From Paraspadella gotoi (taxonomy: Eukaryota > Animalia > Chaetognatha), in the NCBI GenBank assembly GCA_051294375.1, contig CM119264.1, positions 10,453,832 to 10,517,831 of the forward strand: a stretch of 64,000 nucleotides of DNA, given 5' to 3'. The position numbers and the translations under genes are program-made. Under the pieces are notes generated by a model that saw only the letters and a list, made by a program, of their open reading frames with translations, was not told the origin of the DNA and ran no database searches. Positions 39,484-52,969 of the stretch are shown one piece after another (the first letter of the stretch is position 1; each line of letters opens with the position of its first letter).

Positions 39484-40589
39484 ATTTAAAATCCTTCATG
39501 CCTTTTGTTTAATTTTTTACCGCGCCATTTTTTTAAAGGAAAACTTATAATAAATTGTGAATATAAACGCTTAGCTTGTTATAATAAATTGCTTGTCTTT
39601 CATATAACATTTTTTGGCCCGAGAGAAGACACTCACTCTTTCCGTCTCATCTCTCAAATCAGGATCTCAAGCAGCTGCGCCCCGCCGTCTCGGAGCTTCC
39701 TCGCTCTTCTTATCTTTAAAACCCCACCTTCTCTCTCTCCTTATCCTCTCCCCCTCTTTTTATCCTCGACACTCAAAAAAAAAAAAAGTCGTGAAAACAA
39801 TCTGGTTCTCTGAACCAAAAGGTTATCTAACGAAGCAACGAAAAAGTAAAGAGGTTTGCGCGACCCCGCGATGGAGAATGGTAAATCTCTTATGGTGCTG
39901 GAGAAGAGATAGTAGTAGTCGTAGGGGAGAGAGAGAGAGGGATGAGAGAGAGAGAGTCATCGATAGGAAAAAAAGAAAGATTAAATACAATAAGTTTCAA
40001 TCTATCACAGTCAAATTTTCTCTACAATTCATCAAATGTATTAACGAAAAACAAACAACAATATTTTTTATAGAATATTTTAAACTTTTCAGTTTTCTGG
40101 TATAATATAAAGACCGTTCGGTACTGAACCACCTCAAGATTTTGGCCTTTCAATCCTGTCTTGTCATGAGCCGTTGAATAACCTTCAGTATTGCCGAATT
40201 CCAGGTGCTCTGGTAATTAATAATGCATGGTCTAAATTACAAAGTTTCCCAAAAAAATGAAAAAAATAATTCTTAAACTTTAACTTCGCAACTGCTTGCA
40301 AATTTCTTTGCAACCCTTGATTGCGACATCTGTGACGACGGGGACGTTCATGCGTAATTCCCTGTCAACAAAAGAGCATCGAATGTTGTTTCGCCGTCGT
40401 TTTAAAATCATGGGAAATTGGGACGTCAATATGGTTAATATCATAAAAGATTTATATAATTAGAGATAATTTTTATTATTATTTTTAGACTATTTTAGTT
40501 TTTTTTTTAAACAAACCTATTCCATCATCGATCAATAATATAATTTGCGAAGTTGCGTGTTGCAAAATTTCCAAATTTGGGAACCGTTC

Positions 40590-40722
40590 TCATGCCTTAA
40601 TCTTCTTTAATTCTTTTTGTTTCTCTCCTCTCTCTCTCTATCTCGTCTTCTCCTCTCTCATTCTCTCTCTCTCTCTCTCTCTTCTGTTCCTCTTCTGTTA
40701 TCTCTCTCTCATCATCTCTTCT

Positions 40723-40782
<60 letters not shown>

Positions 40783-41162
40783 CACTTTGATTTTCGTGTC
40801 GCACTGACTGTTGCATTCGGCAGTAAATGGAAAAGGGAAAGGGTTGGCCGACGGCGTTCCAGATGAACTCGGCGAACATCCATCTACGACTGCAACCATC
40901 GCCTGAGTTATTGAAACAATATTTTTTTCTGTCATCTTTGTTTATATCAACATAGTATAATTAAAAAGAATAAAAGTATTGAAATCTTCACTTTGCTCCC
41001 CTCGATCCAATGTACTAAGTTTTAATTTTTTATTTTTTTTTCGATTTTCGCCTCGTTGCTCTTTTATTTCGAGCCCATCTCAGCGATTCAAACGCTTTAT
41101 CCCGTTCTTTTTTAAAGCCTTACCATCGCTAACAACGAAATGCAAATTAATTTCCGCATCAT
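40590..41162 (-). CDS. Candidate small secreted Cys-containing peptide (53-aa precursor if the first UGA terminates)
   Basis: Exon 41162-41124 (MMRKLICISLLAM|gtaagg) and exon 40902-40786 (cag|AMVAVVDGCSPSSSGTPSANPFPFPFTAECNSQCDTKIK|gtgaga) join in phase 0 and form a signal peptide ending VDG. The next exon (aag|40595) begins GCA TGA. Further exon-like blocks at 40361-40285 and 40209-40150. Confidence 0.55.
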
Positions 41163-41312
41163 TTAGTCCATCGAGGAATCGGCCGAGAGAAAAACGACGT
41201 TCGGGAACAAAAAAAAAGGAGAAAGGGAAAAAATCAGACTTTTTTTTTCCACTTGGCGGCTTTTTGAAAATTTTGCTACTTAATTCATTCTCGCTCCGTC
41301 TACGTATGCGTT

Positions 41313-41361
<49 letters not shown>

Positions 41362-41539
41362 TTCTTTCTTCTTGTGTGTGCGTGATTGTTTCTGAACTTC
41401 GATTGAGTGAAAACGGGGAGGGAGAATAGAAGTAGAGACTTTGAGATGGTAATCGCTTCGATTGTCCTCGAATTCCTCAGAGCCGAAGACGGGGGGAACC
41501 GCTGGGAAGCACAACCGATTCTTTATTATACTTCTGCTT

Positions 41540-41730
41540 TTTAGTTAACTCTATAAGTCACTTTTCGTTCGGTCTGTATGTCTGTCGGTCTGTCAGGAAT
41601 AAAAGACTATACAGTGCATGTCATAAATACAAGGGCGAAGAAAGAATTTTACTCTTGTCATGTCATGTCATACACGTGAAAAATAAATGTCACTTCGTCG
41701 CGATACAAATGAATCACGGTTTTTGTTTCT
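41540..41730 (+). mobile_element. Internally deleted DINE/HINE-like element, copy 3
   Basis: agtcacttttcgttcggtctgt..aggaataaaagact..gtgcatgtcataaatacaagggc..gaatcacggtttttgtt matches 19956-20325. Confidence 0.7.
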
Positions 41731-43160
41731 TTTTTTTTTTTCTTTTTTTGATTTAAGTTGTTTTTTTTTCTTCTTCTCCCTTTTTCCAGGACAAGAATCT
41801 AAGGAATACTGAGGCGAAACCCGACGCATTCTCTGGAACCTAACCCGAATCTCTAAAACTAAACACTAATTCATGACCCTAATTAGGGCCAACCTTTGTC
41901 AATGGGGTGGGTCAGAATTTCGATTTGGGAAGCTTCCCAAATGAAACTTCATACATTTCTGAGAAATGGACCAAAATTTTCTAAAATGGCTCGAAGCACT
42001 AGTAATTATTTTTTTAATATTTATTTATAGATAAGAAATGTAAATAATTTTTTTGTGAATTTTATATATTTAAAAGCAGATTCCTAGTTGTCTACCCAAG
42101 GCTTAATTCTTTTTTCAATTTTTGATGATTGATAAAAACCTTAAAAACTCATCATCTTATGATGATTTTAACTCGTTTGCTAATTTTAAGTAATAAAAAA
42201 ATTTATCAAAATTGTTTTAAAAAAATATATTAACACAATAATTAATACCGATAATGGATTTCTTTAATACTGTTCCCATTAAAATTTGAATTTGGTCGGC
42301 TAGCCCTACCCTATCCTTAACTAAATATCTAACAAAATCCCTCAGTTAATCTCTAACCATAATCCTAACTTAACCCCAATCCCTAACACTTACGTTTAAC
42401 TTGAAAATTAACCTAATCTCTCTGAATTTACCTTGCTGGAATGGGGAGCATTTGAAATACTGCCCTATTTTCCTAGGATTTAAACATTAATATTCATTTA
42501 ATAATGATATATTATTCATTCACTCACTACGATTTCCATTGTATTGAACAATTTTCAAAAGGGTAACTCTACCCTTGACTCCTTTGAGTCAGTAATTTCG
42601 GGTGAACGAAAAAAAAAATCAAAGACAACTCCCCTTTACTCCAGGTCGTTGTCCTGCTTATGATGTCTTTGCAGATGGCATAGAGGCTTTTATTCGATCG
42701 ATTTGAGTCAAAACATTTTGAATCCTTGTTCCTTAATCGCCAAATTCGATTCCATTGTCGTCAACCTCGCTTCAATTTATTAATAGCTCCTTTTTTTCCC
42801 TTCATATCAGAGGATTCTTTTTTCCACCTGCCCTATTTCTTTCCTCTCCAATCTCCATTCAACCACAAAATTTATTGATCCTACGTAAAAAGGAAGATTC
42901 CCCCAAAATTTAAGGGGTCAAGGGGTCAAGGGAAGGTTTTTCAAATATCTAGAAATCCCTTGCATATGTTTTTTTTTTCTACCTCGAACTATTTTTAGTT
43001 CCGGCAGTTGTCGTGGGATTTTTCATTTGTCCACCAAAAGTCGAAATGACGAAATTTGTATTCGCTATGAAATTGACAAAGTCACTCACCTTTTCTGAAT
43101 CATCTGCGACACCTTTAAAAAGAGAGAGAGAGAGAGAAGATGAGAGAGAGAAGAGAGAGT

Positions 43161-43200
<40 letters not shown>

Positions 43201-44606
43201 AGTCGCGGATTTCGACTATTGGCGACCTGGAAAATTCTATGTATATGGTCGGTAGTCAGTAAACGAAATGAAAAAAAAACGTCCCTGTCTCAACGCTGAT
43301 TGGTCTCAACGACTTTCCCGATTGGTCGAAACCGTCTTAATCATGAGACGTTTGACGTCATACCTCCGTTTCGCGAACGAGGGAGTAGATGATCTACGAG
43401 GATTGGGCGTCTTCGTTTCCTCGAAACTGGATTTCATTCAAAAACCTGAATCCCAAATTTAAAGGTGAGCCAATCGATTTTTCAGTTTTATTTCCAAATC
43501 TGCTGTCGAGCGACGATTTTCGGGTTTTCCACGCGGATTATCGATTTCTTTTTCTTTCCNNNNNNNNNNTTATCTCAAACATTCCATTTACTGGATTATT
43601 TTAAATCTTCCCTCATATCAAAGCATTTTCAATTTAATTTAAAGAAAATGGATTCCAGAAAAATCCTACAGGTAAGTCGCTCACACGCGATTTCTGTGGA
43701 AAGTACTCGCAGCGTGGGCGAGCGACCAATCAAGTTCTCGATCCTGGGTAAGTCGACCAATGAGGTCGTTTGCCTTAACCTAAGCGACGCCAGGGACCGT
43801 GGTGCTGCTACCATGACGACACTGCCCAACATCGTCGCAGAATCCGGGTTTCTTGTCAGAAGATGAGCCACTCCGGTAAAAATGGGGACGACAAGTGGAC
43901 AACGCTGATGCTAGGTTAATCGGTTCAACTCATGGACGTGATATGCTGACATTATAACATTTCGGAACAACCATTGTATTTTGAACTCTGGGCTCAGGAG
44001 GCCAGTATTTACAATGTGTTTTTTAATAAAGGTTACTTAATTTTATTACTTGATTTTTTTTCTCCTTACAGTAATTGCTTTTCTCACTCTCCTCCTCATC
44101 CTCTTTTCCGATTTCTATTCTTAATATTCCCTTTCAAAAATTAACTACCGGGAAAAACCAGAAATCCCCGGAAAAGATTTTTTCGACTCCCTTTCCTTCA
44201 GGTCGACTCGGTTTCATTTTATCGTCAAACGGGTTTCGTCTCTTAACCATTTGACTCGATGGCCATATACGTCAAAGCGAGGACGTCTGACAATTACGTC
44301 TAATACTAAAAAAAAACTTTCCTATTACCATGTTTACATTTATTATATTTTCGAAGTAATAATTCTTTGCCTTCTTCGAAGTTTTTGTTCTTCTTGAACG
44401 TAGTATATGCTATATTTCTCGTTTCTTTCTTGCAGGAAATCAGGAAATAAATCTCCACGAAAACTTTAATAATCTAGCAATTGTTATTCTACGTCGTTCT
44501 TCAAGGGAAAAAAACTGAAGAATTCGGTTGACGAAAGAAAGACGAAAAACCAAATCTTTCGAAAACAAAACATTATTTAAAAAAAACACAAAAAACAAAA
44601 GTCGAC

Positions 44607-45804
44607 ATGGGTTCGTCGAGTGATCAGGGTTGCTGCGTGACCTTCACCAAAGTCCTCTTCATCTTCTTCAACGTTTTGTTCTTCATAATAGGGGCGGCGT
44701 CGTTCGGCGTCGGAATATGGGCAGCGGTGTCGGACAAGTGAGTTAAAAATGGGACATTTGTATAGCGAACTAACTTTTGCGTTTCGAAGGTTTTATCGAA
44801 TTCCTATTTATCTACGGATCTGATCATTGATTTTACTTTTACATCCTGCCCCAGATTCGCCGTGCAGGTGATGGATCTCCTCTCCGACAAGATGAAGGTT
44901 CCTGCGGAGAATGTGAAGGAGGTCGTCGATCTCGAAATGATCGAGGACGCGGCCATCCTCATCATCGTCGCCGGTGCCGTCGTCATGATCTTAGGTGAAG
45001 TAGCGTCGAGGGCATGGTGACTAATTTTCCTGGTTGTTGTCGTAATCGGTTGTTTTTTTTGGGGGGGGGGCGGGGGAGCGGGGCCAAGAACGTCGTGCTG
45101 TCATTCTCCAGATTCAGTCATAGGCTCGAATGGCCACGGAACAATTTTCCACGACGGCTTAAAATATATTTTCATCTATCCTTTCCTTCGACAGGCTTCC
45201 TCGGCTGCCTGGGCGCCTGGAAAGAAGTCAGATGGATGCTGGTCGCTTTCTTCATCATCCTCTTCCTCATCCTCGGCCTGCTCATCGCCGGCGCCGTTCT
45301 CATCACCGGATACCCAAAGATAGTCGAAAAGAACTTCCAGCCCTACGTCGCAAAGCTGATCGACCAGTGGTCGAAGGATCATAAAGTTAACAGCACCATC
45401 GACTTCATCCAGGAGACTCTCGAGTGCTGCGGAGGAAACGGACCTTCGGATTACCCGGTAATTGGAAGGTGTCAAGATTATATAACGGCGAAAAGAATTC
45501 ATGAATTAGCACAATGTAAAAAAAAAAAAAAAAAAAATTCGGGTCAGTTGACTTTAAGACCATTATGAGATATTTTAAAATGAAACTAAATTAATCCTAA
45601 CTTCCACATACTGCACAGAATACCAGACCAAGTTCCTGCCAAAACTACACCGTCGGCTGCGCGGAAAAGATGCGCGTCGAGGCGGAGAAATTGCTCGACG
45701 ATAATATTTGGATGGTCGGCGGGATCGGGATCGGCGTCATCGCCATCATTATCATCGGAATGATCCTTAGCATGGTTCTCTGCTGTAAAATAAACTCGAA
45801 TTGA
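44607..45804 (+). CDS. Tetraspanin, 4 coding exons
   Basis: Exons 44607-44737, 44855-44994, 45195-45457, 45619-45804. KVLFIFFNVLFFIIG..GIW; GFLGCLGAWKE; four TM segments; EC2 with IQETLECCG..DY, PSSC and GC; C-terminal LCC. Confidence 0.95.
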
Positions 45805-45935
45805 CAAGATCCTCCGAGGCAATGAGCTAATTTTCTCTGGGTCTCATTTTTTTTTTTTTTTTGTATATAAATCATTATTCTCAGTGCCAATATCGTACGA
45901 GTTTACAATTTGGTTTTAATGTGTACAATGGGGTA

Positions 45936-46254
45936 CATGGGTGGGACCCTATATCGAGACAAAACTTAACGTCCTGCCTTGTCAGAACGATTTGAGACAC
46001 AATGATAAAATTAGTTGAAAAAGGTTTTTTCTGACTTTTTACTTTCATATACAAGGAAACAAAATAAATTTTTAAGCAATTACAAGGCGCTGTGGATGTT
46101 TTCAAAACAGTTAGTCGTTTTTATGTATACTTGTTAATCTTTTCTTTTCTGTCTTAGAATGAGATTTAAACAATAAGTATTCAAACAAGTTTTTAAACAT
46201 TTTTCTTCCAACCACGCGAAAAAAATTTTGTCTCGATATATGGTCCCACCCCTG
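45936..46254. mobile_element. MITE with ~30-bp TIRs and TA duplication
   Basis: ta|catgggtgggaccctatatcgagacaaaa ... ttttgtctcgatatatggtcccacccctg|ta. Confidence 0.85.
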
Positions 46255-48991
46255 TAATTATAATTCTGAAGAAAAGCCGGGCGAATTACGCTCGTGCTGT
46301 AAAGTTGTCATTGGTTTTTGTTGTTTTTTTTTTCCTTTTTTTTTTAAATTTCCTGATTTTATTTAATATCCGTTCCACTTGTTTCTTACACGTTTTATAC
46401 ACTGAATCCTTTGTGTTCGTGGCTTTGACAGAAATAAATGCAATTCATCACCTCCAAAACCAGTTCTTTAACTTTTTTTTCGGTGTGGAAATTCTTATTA
46501 GTCATTGACTGGAAAATAGTTATTGGTATCTTTTAAAAAATTAATTTCAGAAAGATTATATTAAATATTCGAAAAGATAAAAGTACAACAAACTGAGTTG
46601 AAAAGCATCTAAGAATACCTGTCAATAACTTGCTATAAATTAAATTAAATTAAATTATAAATTAGAAAACATTGGATTATTTGCACGGTTTTATAATTTC
46701 CTGGGTTTTCGTGACAAAAATAACGGGTTTTTTTCTGCCGTAAAATAAGATAGAATTGAATTTTTCAGACGTTTTCGATAAGCGGAAAGTTAACTTGAAA
46801 AAAATCTCAAAAAGAGAAAAGGAAAAATAAAAGGAAAATCGAATCAGTCAGAGAGCAAATTAGACGTAAACAAAGGGGAAAGAAAAGGAAATTGATGGAA
46901 AGGGGAAGGAATAGAAGGGAAAGGTTTAAAGGACGGACTGGGGTTAGACAGGAAAATAGAGAAAGTAGAAAGAGAGTGAGAGAGTAATGTATTTTTCTGA
47001 GAATAGAGGCGACTTCAACTGTAGCCAATGTGAAGACTTATGTTTATCTCGTGTTAGCTCCTAAATTGACTTCGGTTCTCTAACTCGGAAAAAAAGTTAT
47101 CGCGGATAAAAAAGATTTCATTCGCCGATCGAAGTTTGTGTTTTTCGTTTTGTGTATATCAGTTGATATTTGCCGGGGGCTGTTTTTTTTTTTTTTTTTT
47201 TTTTTTTCTGGCTTTGTATGTTGTACTCTCTTTGGTTGGCCAATCGCGGACAATTTTTTCCATCTTTCACCATAACATCTCTTCCTCTCTTTTTCTTCTC
47301 ATCCCTTCCTCTCAGTTCCTCTCTTTTAGATTTTTCTAATAAAAGAATTTGGTGAGAGCCTCTATTTCATTCTCTCCTCTACCTTCCAGAGGTCAATCCT
47401 ATGCTTTCTGTTTTTATCGAGCGAATGTGTTTGATTAAATCTTTTACGTACCATATCATAGTATTTATAAAACTTAATAGCCCGATATATTGATGGGATT
47501 TAGGTACAACAATCTTGTTCTTAAAAGGCTTAAAAAAACATTGAACTTTTTTCTGTCTTATCCCATTACTTATCCTAATTAGAAAAAAAATAACAACCAC
47601 TTTTTTAATCGTTTACTTTTAACAACAACAATAACATGTTGAGGTAAAAATAGCTTCAGTTAACTAGTTCAGTCTCTGACTTCATAATTATCCGTTGAAC
47701 ACTCGGGACTTTTCCCCATTACCGCCATTCTTTCACTCGGAACCCTTTTTCGTCGATCTCTCGCGATCACGGATAAACTGCTCTTTTGTTTTTTTATTAT
47801 GTCGGCTCCTCGTTGCCATGGCTTCCCGTGTCAACTTATTTGGCGTGTTTTTGTTTTTGTTTTGACGATGAGTTCCTACTACGAGCAATTTCCGCCTGTC
47901 ACTCGCGTCACCGCGCCGACGTCCCGCCGACATCGTCGTCGTCGGTGTCATTGCTTACGTCGCTGTCATTGTCTTCGAAGAAACTCTGATCATTGTCGTC
48001 AAGACTGTCGTCACCATAGATTTTAATTTTTAATTTTTTATCATTTAGTTATTTGTTTTATAAAATATTTGTCTCAATTCTGCCGTTTGTCATCCAATTC
48101 AAGATCGCTCCTTTTTTTTTGCACTTCTTGTCATCATCATCATCTCCTTCGTCGTCATCTCAGCGATTTTCGGCGATTCGTTCGATCTGGCAGACTTGGC
48201 ACTGTTTTCGTCGCTTTTAAGGTCGTCTGCCGCGTCGTCTTTTTTGGCGACGGCGACACCACAAGTTTTCATCATCTCTCGTGGCCGAACTTTGTTTTTT
48301 TTTTCTCGTCATGGTCGTCTTTGCTAACTTGAAATTATTTTTGGACAATCATTGTTACTGTTGCTTTTTTTATTATTTCGCGCCATGTTTTATTATTGTA
48401 TATTGAATGTCATTGTATGCCATTACTTATCGGCTTACACATGTCACATACTCCAACAGAGTGTTCGGCTAAATATGTCTCTATGTTTGTTTTGTAGTGG
48501 TGTTATCATAGTTATCATAGTTTTATATATGAAGCAGTTGGCTTATTACGAAGGCTAAAACGAGTCAGTTTCGTCAGACGATGGTGAAAGGGTGCTCGGG
48601 TGAAGTAGCGAGAATCCGAGAGAGGAATCGAAGAATAAAAGGAATGTTGATGAGGCGAGGGCGTTCTGAGGGAGAGGTCAAGCGGAGAAGCCATTCGCAT
48701 AAGAATTTTTTTTCTCTGTCAAGAATAAACTGCGGTTTGGTCTTTTTTAGAATGAGTGTCTCGACTACTCAAGTTCCGTTGAAACCACAACCTCCCAAAA
48801 TATACATGAAACATTTGCAGGAAGCACAAGCGGTTTTAATAACAGAAACCGATTTTTTTTTTAGTCGTTGATGTTATTTGGGTTAACCGTCTGAAAAAAC
48901 TTTCATAGTGAAAATCAAAAAAGTATTACATGTTTTCAATTTACGTACGACTTAAGAAAAAACGAATAAAATTTAAAAAAATAACTACAAA

Positions 48992-51225
48992 ATGGCGCCC
49001 ACAACGCCAGAGGACGTCGCCTTTCCGGCCATTCAGCCGGAACAGGTTCCGATTTGCTGGAACTCGAACGACAAAGACGCAGAGATCGAGTTGACGCTGG
49101 AGAGACGCCGCGCCCACCGCCTGCCCGGCGCCGAGGGAAACCTTGCCCGCGTGCGCGCCAATGCTCCGGCGACGTCGTCGGCTACGTCGTCTGAGCCGAT
49201 ATTTTACTTCGAAGTCGTTGTCATCGCCCGACGAGGCGATCGAGGAATCGGAGTGGGGATCTCGGTGCAGGTCAGGGGTTACGTCAAGTCTGTAGTCTAT
49301 AGATTAATTCGATCAACGATCCGCCGTGTTCCGCGATTAACGAAAAATATTTAGATTTCGATAGGGTTTCCCCTCCAGGAAGACAACCCATACGGAGTTT
49401 CGGTACCGGAAATTAGACTGGATCGTATTTCGTCCGGATTCGTCGCCAAGCCAGGCGACGTCATTGGTTGCGGACTCGACTTTTCGAAGGTGAATACGCA
49501 TTTCAACGATATGTTGAATATTTCCCTTTTTCTGTTCTTCATCTCCATAGTTTTTCTCAGAAAGCAGTGATGGTCACGGTCTTTATATTTTATTTTGTAT
49601 CGCGAAGTTTCGTTCCTTTCTATATTCGTTTATATCAACTGCGCAAGAAATGTCTCTATTTTTGTGCAAGCCAGTCCCGTAATTGAATCGAATCGAAGAA
49701 AGAAAAAAACCCCAAGTAACAATTATCATCCCCACCCTTCCACCCATCCAAGGGCGCTTGCTTCTACACCTTCAACGGGATCGAAATCGAGGCTGGATTC
49801 TCCGGCCTTCCGCCACGCCCATTTCCTGCGGTCTACCTCGCCAACGCTCGCGACGTCGTCGACGTCAACTTTGGTCAAGATCCCTTCCTCTTCGATCTCG
49901 CGATGGCGGCGACGCGCGCACGCAACGCTGCCCAACGTCGAGCGTCGGAGGCCAGGCGAAGAGAAGAAGTGTCCGCGGAAGACGCCGCCAGAAAAGAAAA
50001 CTTTCCCGACACGCTCGAGGCGTCGCTGCCGGCGCGATGGCGACCCGACGATCCGGTCGCTTTCCGTTTGACGGAGAACGATCGAGGCGTTCAACGCGTT
50101 TCCGCGCCGGAAATTGGCGTCGCCGGGTCAGTGAAGAGCGATCAGGCGGCGCCGGCGGAAGTCGGAGTTTACTATTTCGAAGCGAAAGTCAAAAGGAAGG
50201 AGGCGATGGGTCTCCTCAGCGTTGGCTTCGAGTCGAATAACAAAAAAATCATGTAAGTTTACGGATATTAATTTAATCAGGATTTTATATAAAAAGCTTT
50301 GGGATCAATTTCCTTTTTGGGCGTTGTTTTAAGCCCTGTTTAGACTATGTAATAATACATACGTTTGGGGCAAAGCAATTTGTTTATTTATCAACCGATG
50401 GGATTATTCAAAGAGTTTTTCAATATATTCATTATTTAGACTATGTCAGATTATCAAAAAACTTTAAAAAATTCAAGTTTTCAAACTGGATAATCATTTT
50501 TTTTTCTCAGATCAACCACTGAAAGTCAACTTTTTCAAACAGGAATTTAGTCCTCTCGCCAATCGGCACTCCATTCCCAAAATAAGATTTTATTTTAATC
50601 AATCTTAACTTTCCTTTCTCGAGGTATCGAAGCGACGGTTTATGCAGCTACGGAGGAAAGGTGAAAGTAGGTCAGGTTTATAGCGGAGGCGACGTGGTGG
50701 GTTGTTGCATTAACTTCCTCGCCAATTCTGTTTTCTTCGTTCTCAACGGAAGCGTAACGGCGGAACTCTTCACATCGGTGGCTGAAGAGGTAAGTTCGTA
50801 TTTATGACCTTGAGATCGATTACCTTAACGATGATGATAAAAAATATGGTATGTACTCGCCAAAAGATGAACTGGAGGTAGAAACAATAATTTTCAATTT
50901 AAAATACTTTTCTGTGAGCTCTAGTAAGTGTAAGTTTGATAAGGAAGAGCATTTTTACCGTACTTATCATACGAAAATGAATTTGAATTTACAAAAACAG
51001 GCGTTCTACCCCGCGGCAGAGTTGGCCCACCCGGGGGAAGAGATTGTCGCCAACTTCGGACAGTCGAAATTCCAATGCGATTTTCGAGAAATCGCGACGA
51101 GTCGAACAAAATTCGAGGCTTCCGTGACGTCTACCATCTGCATCGTCGCGGCAGACGTCGGAACCAAAAACAAAGGACAAACGGCCCGCATTCGGTGCTG
51201 TTGTTCACCGTGCCGCATACTTTGA
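48992..51225 (+). CDS. Tandem (2x) SPRY/B30.2-domain protein, SPRYD3/RanBP9-like, with C-terminal CaaX
   Basis: Exons 48992-49270, 49379-49489, 49753-50252, 50624-50789, 51001-51225. SPRY1: FYFEVVV..GIGVG, GDVIGCGLD, FYTFNG, FPAVYL, VNFGQDPFLFD. SPRY2: YYFEAKV, GDVVGCCINF, FFVLNG, FYPAAEL, ANFGQSKF. Ends CCCSPCRIL*. Start codon is tentative. Confidence 0.88.
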
Positions 51226-51696
51226 TGCAGTAAAACTAGTACGACAATCGACCGAAATTTCTTCCCTTCGCAACTGCGATCATAATTACCGTTTGCTTGA
51301 GTTCGAGTTTTTTGGGCATTAGTGAATAACTAGCGTCTTACTTCTATTTCTCGACTCGAGTCATAAAAAGCAATAGCCAATGATGTCGAAACTTCTTTTC
51401 GTTTACTGAGCTGGTTAATAAATATTCTCTTTCTATTTCTAATATTTTATCGGTAAACATAACTTCAGTTCATAGTATCCTTGCGCCTATAGAGAATCGT
51501 TGTAAGTTTTCAAAGATTGAGACCAAATTACAAGACTATTTCGATATTTCTCACTCGTATAACGGTTATAACCGCTACAATTACGTTTCGTCAAATTTTG
51601 ATTCATAAATAATTAACTTTTTTCCCACAAGATTGCTTTCGGCCTGCTTTATCATTTTCGGTTATATTTGTTTATCTCTATTATCTATTTTCATCG

Positions 51697-52906
51697 TTAT
51701 GATCTCCGGTGTCGAGTTTCCATCTCGTCGTGGGTTTTGTTCAAAAATGGAGGCACCACTACGGTCTCGCCTGTTAAAAATAAGAAAAAAATATATTAAG
51801 GTAGCAAATATTGTTATTTTAACGCTAAAATTTTTATCCCAATCCTTTTTTTACTTATAAATCGCGCCTTCCATTTTCGAGATCAATCAATCAATCGATC
51901 AATAACTCAATTCAACCTTCACTCCTTTCCGTCGACCCGTTTGCCCTTTTCTTTAACAAACCCTCGAAGCCGTGCTTTCGCCAGACGAGCATTTGAGCTT
52001 CGTTGGCGTGCGGCGGCGACAGCGCGCACTGAGGAATCGGCTCGTTGTAAGAAAGAATTTCCGGTTGAAACTTGGGAAAGCCGTCGCCGATGACCGTGCC
52101 GCGTCGACCTAGATTGTTTGAATTGACCGATTGAATTTATAGTTTTCATGTGATTGATTGACTGATTTATTTATTTATTTATTGAATCGATTGTATCGAT
52201 GTTTGTTTAGTTGGTTGAATGATTGAATGGTTGACTGGTTGAACTGACTGAATTGATAGTATCGAGAAATTTATTTATTTGTTTGTTTATCCATTTATTT
52301 ACTTATTTCATTTTAATCTCCAGTTGCAAATGTGGAAAGTCTACAAATGCCGCCACTAGACACTTCTGCCCCAACAGACCACTCCTCCATCACCTGGCTC
52401 TCGTTCCTATACTCTAATCGATTTGTTTGATATTCAACCTATCGGGGCTTTAGGATCGAATGCCACGTCGATGTACGCCCTCCAACGAATCGTGGCCAAG
52501 ACGACGATTTCGGCGCTTGACTCGTTCTTGGCCACGAGCCACGTGAAGAACGACTGATCGCGAAGGATGCGCGTGAGTTCGGCCTCGGCGGAGCGCGACT
52601 CGTGCACGCTTTGTGGGTAGAAGGGCGGCAACCACGTCACCTGGCGGAGCGAGAGGAGGGCGGTGCGGGCGTTTCGAGTCAGGTCAATCTTTCGGCCAGT
52701 TGATGAGGGGGGAGGAGAGAAAGACTAGAGGGAAACATTGTAGAAAGGACAATAAACGAAGGATCTTAGTTACAACTGAATCGGACCAATGTGGCAAGGT
52801 TGTTGCCAAACCACTCCATTTTTTTTTAGTCGGTAAATCATCCTAAACCATCGAATAATAAAAAAATTGTTCAAAAAAATTTGTATGTTTAATTATATTA
52901 AATCGC

Positions 52907-52969
<63 letters not shown>

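Noticed and set aside
40150-40595. Genome-wide UGA reassignment as an explanation for the in-frame TGAs
   Set aside because: FucT, tetraspanin, SPRY and both galectins end at TGA at or shortly after their expected domain ends, and Trp is encoded by TGG.
43648-43920. GC-richer block with two gtaagt donors upstream of the tetraspanin
   Set aside because: No recognisable product or in-phase exon chain; may be 5'UTR or decayed repeat.
47730-48720. Acidic/low-complexity short frames upstream of the SPRY gene
   Set aside because: Frequent stops, no domain, no consistent splice chain.
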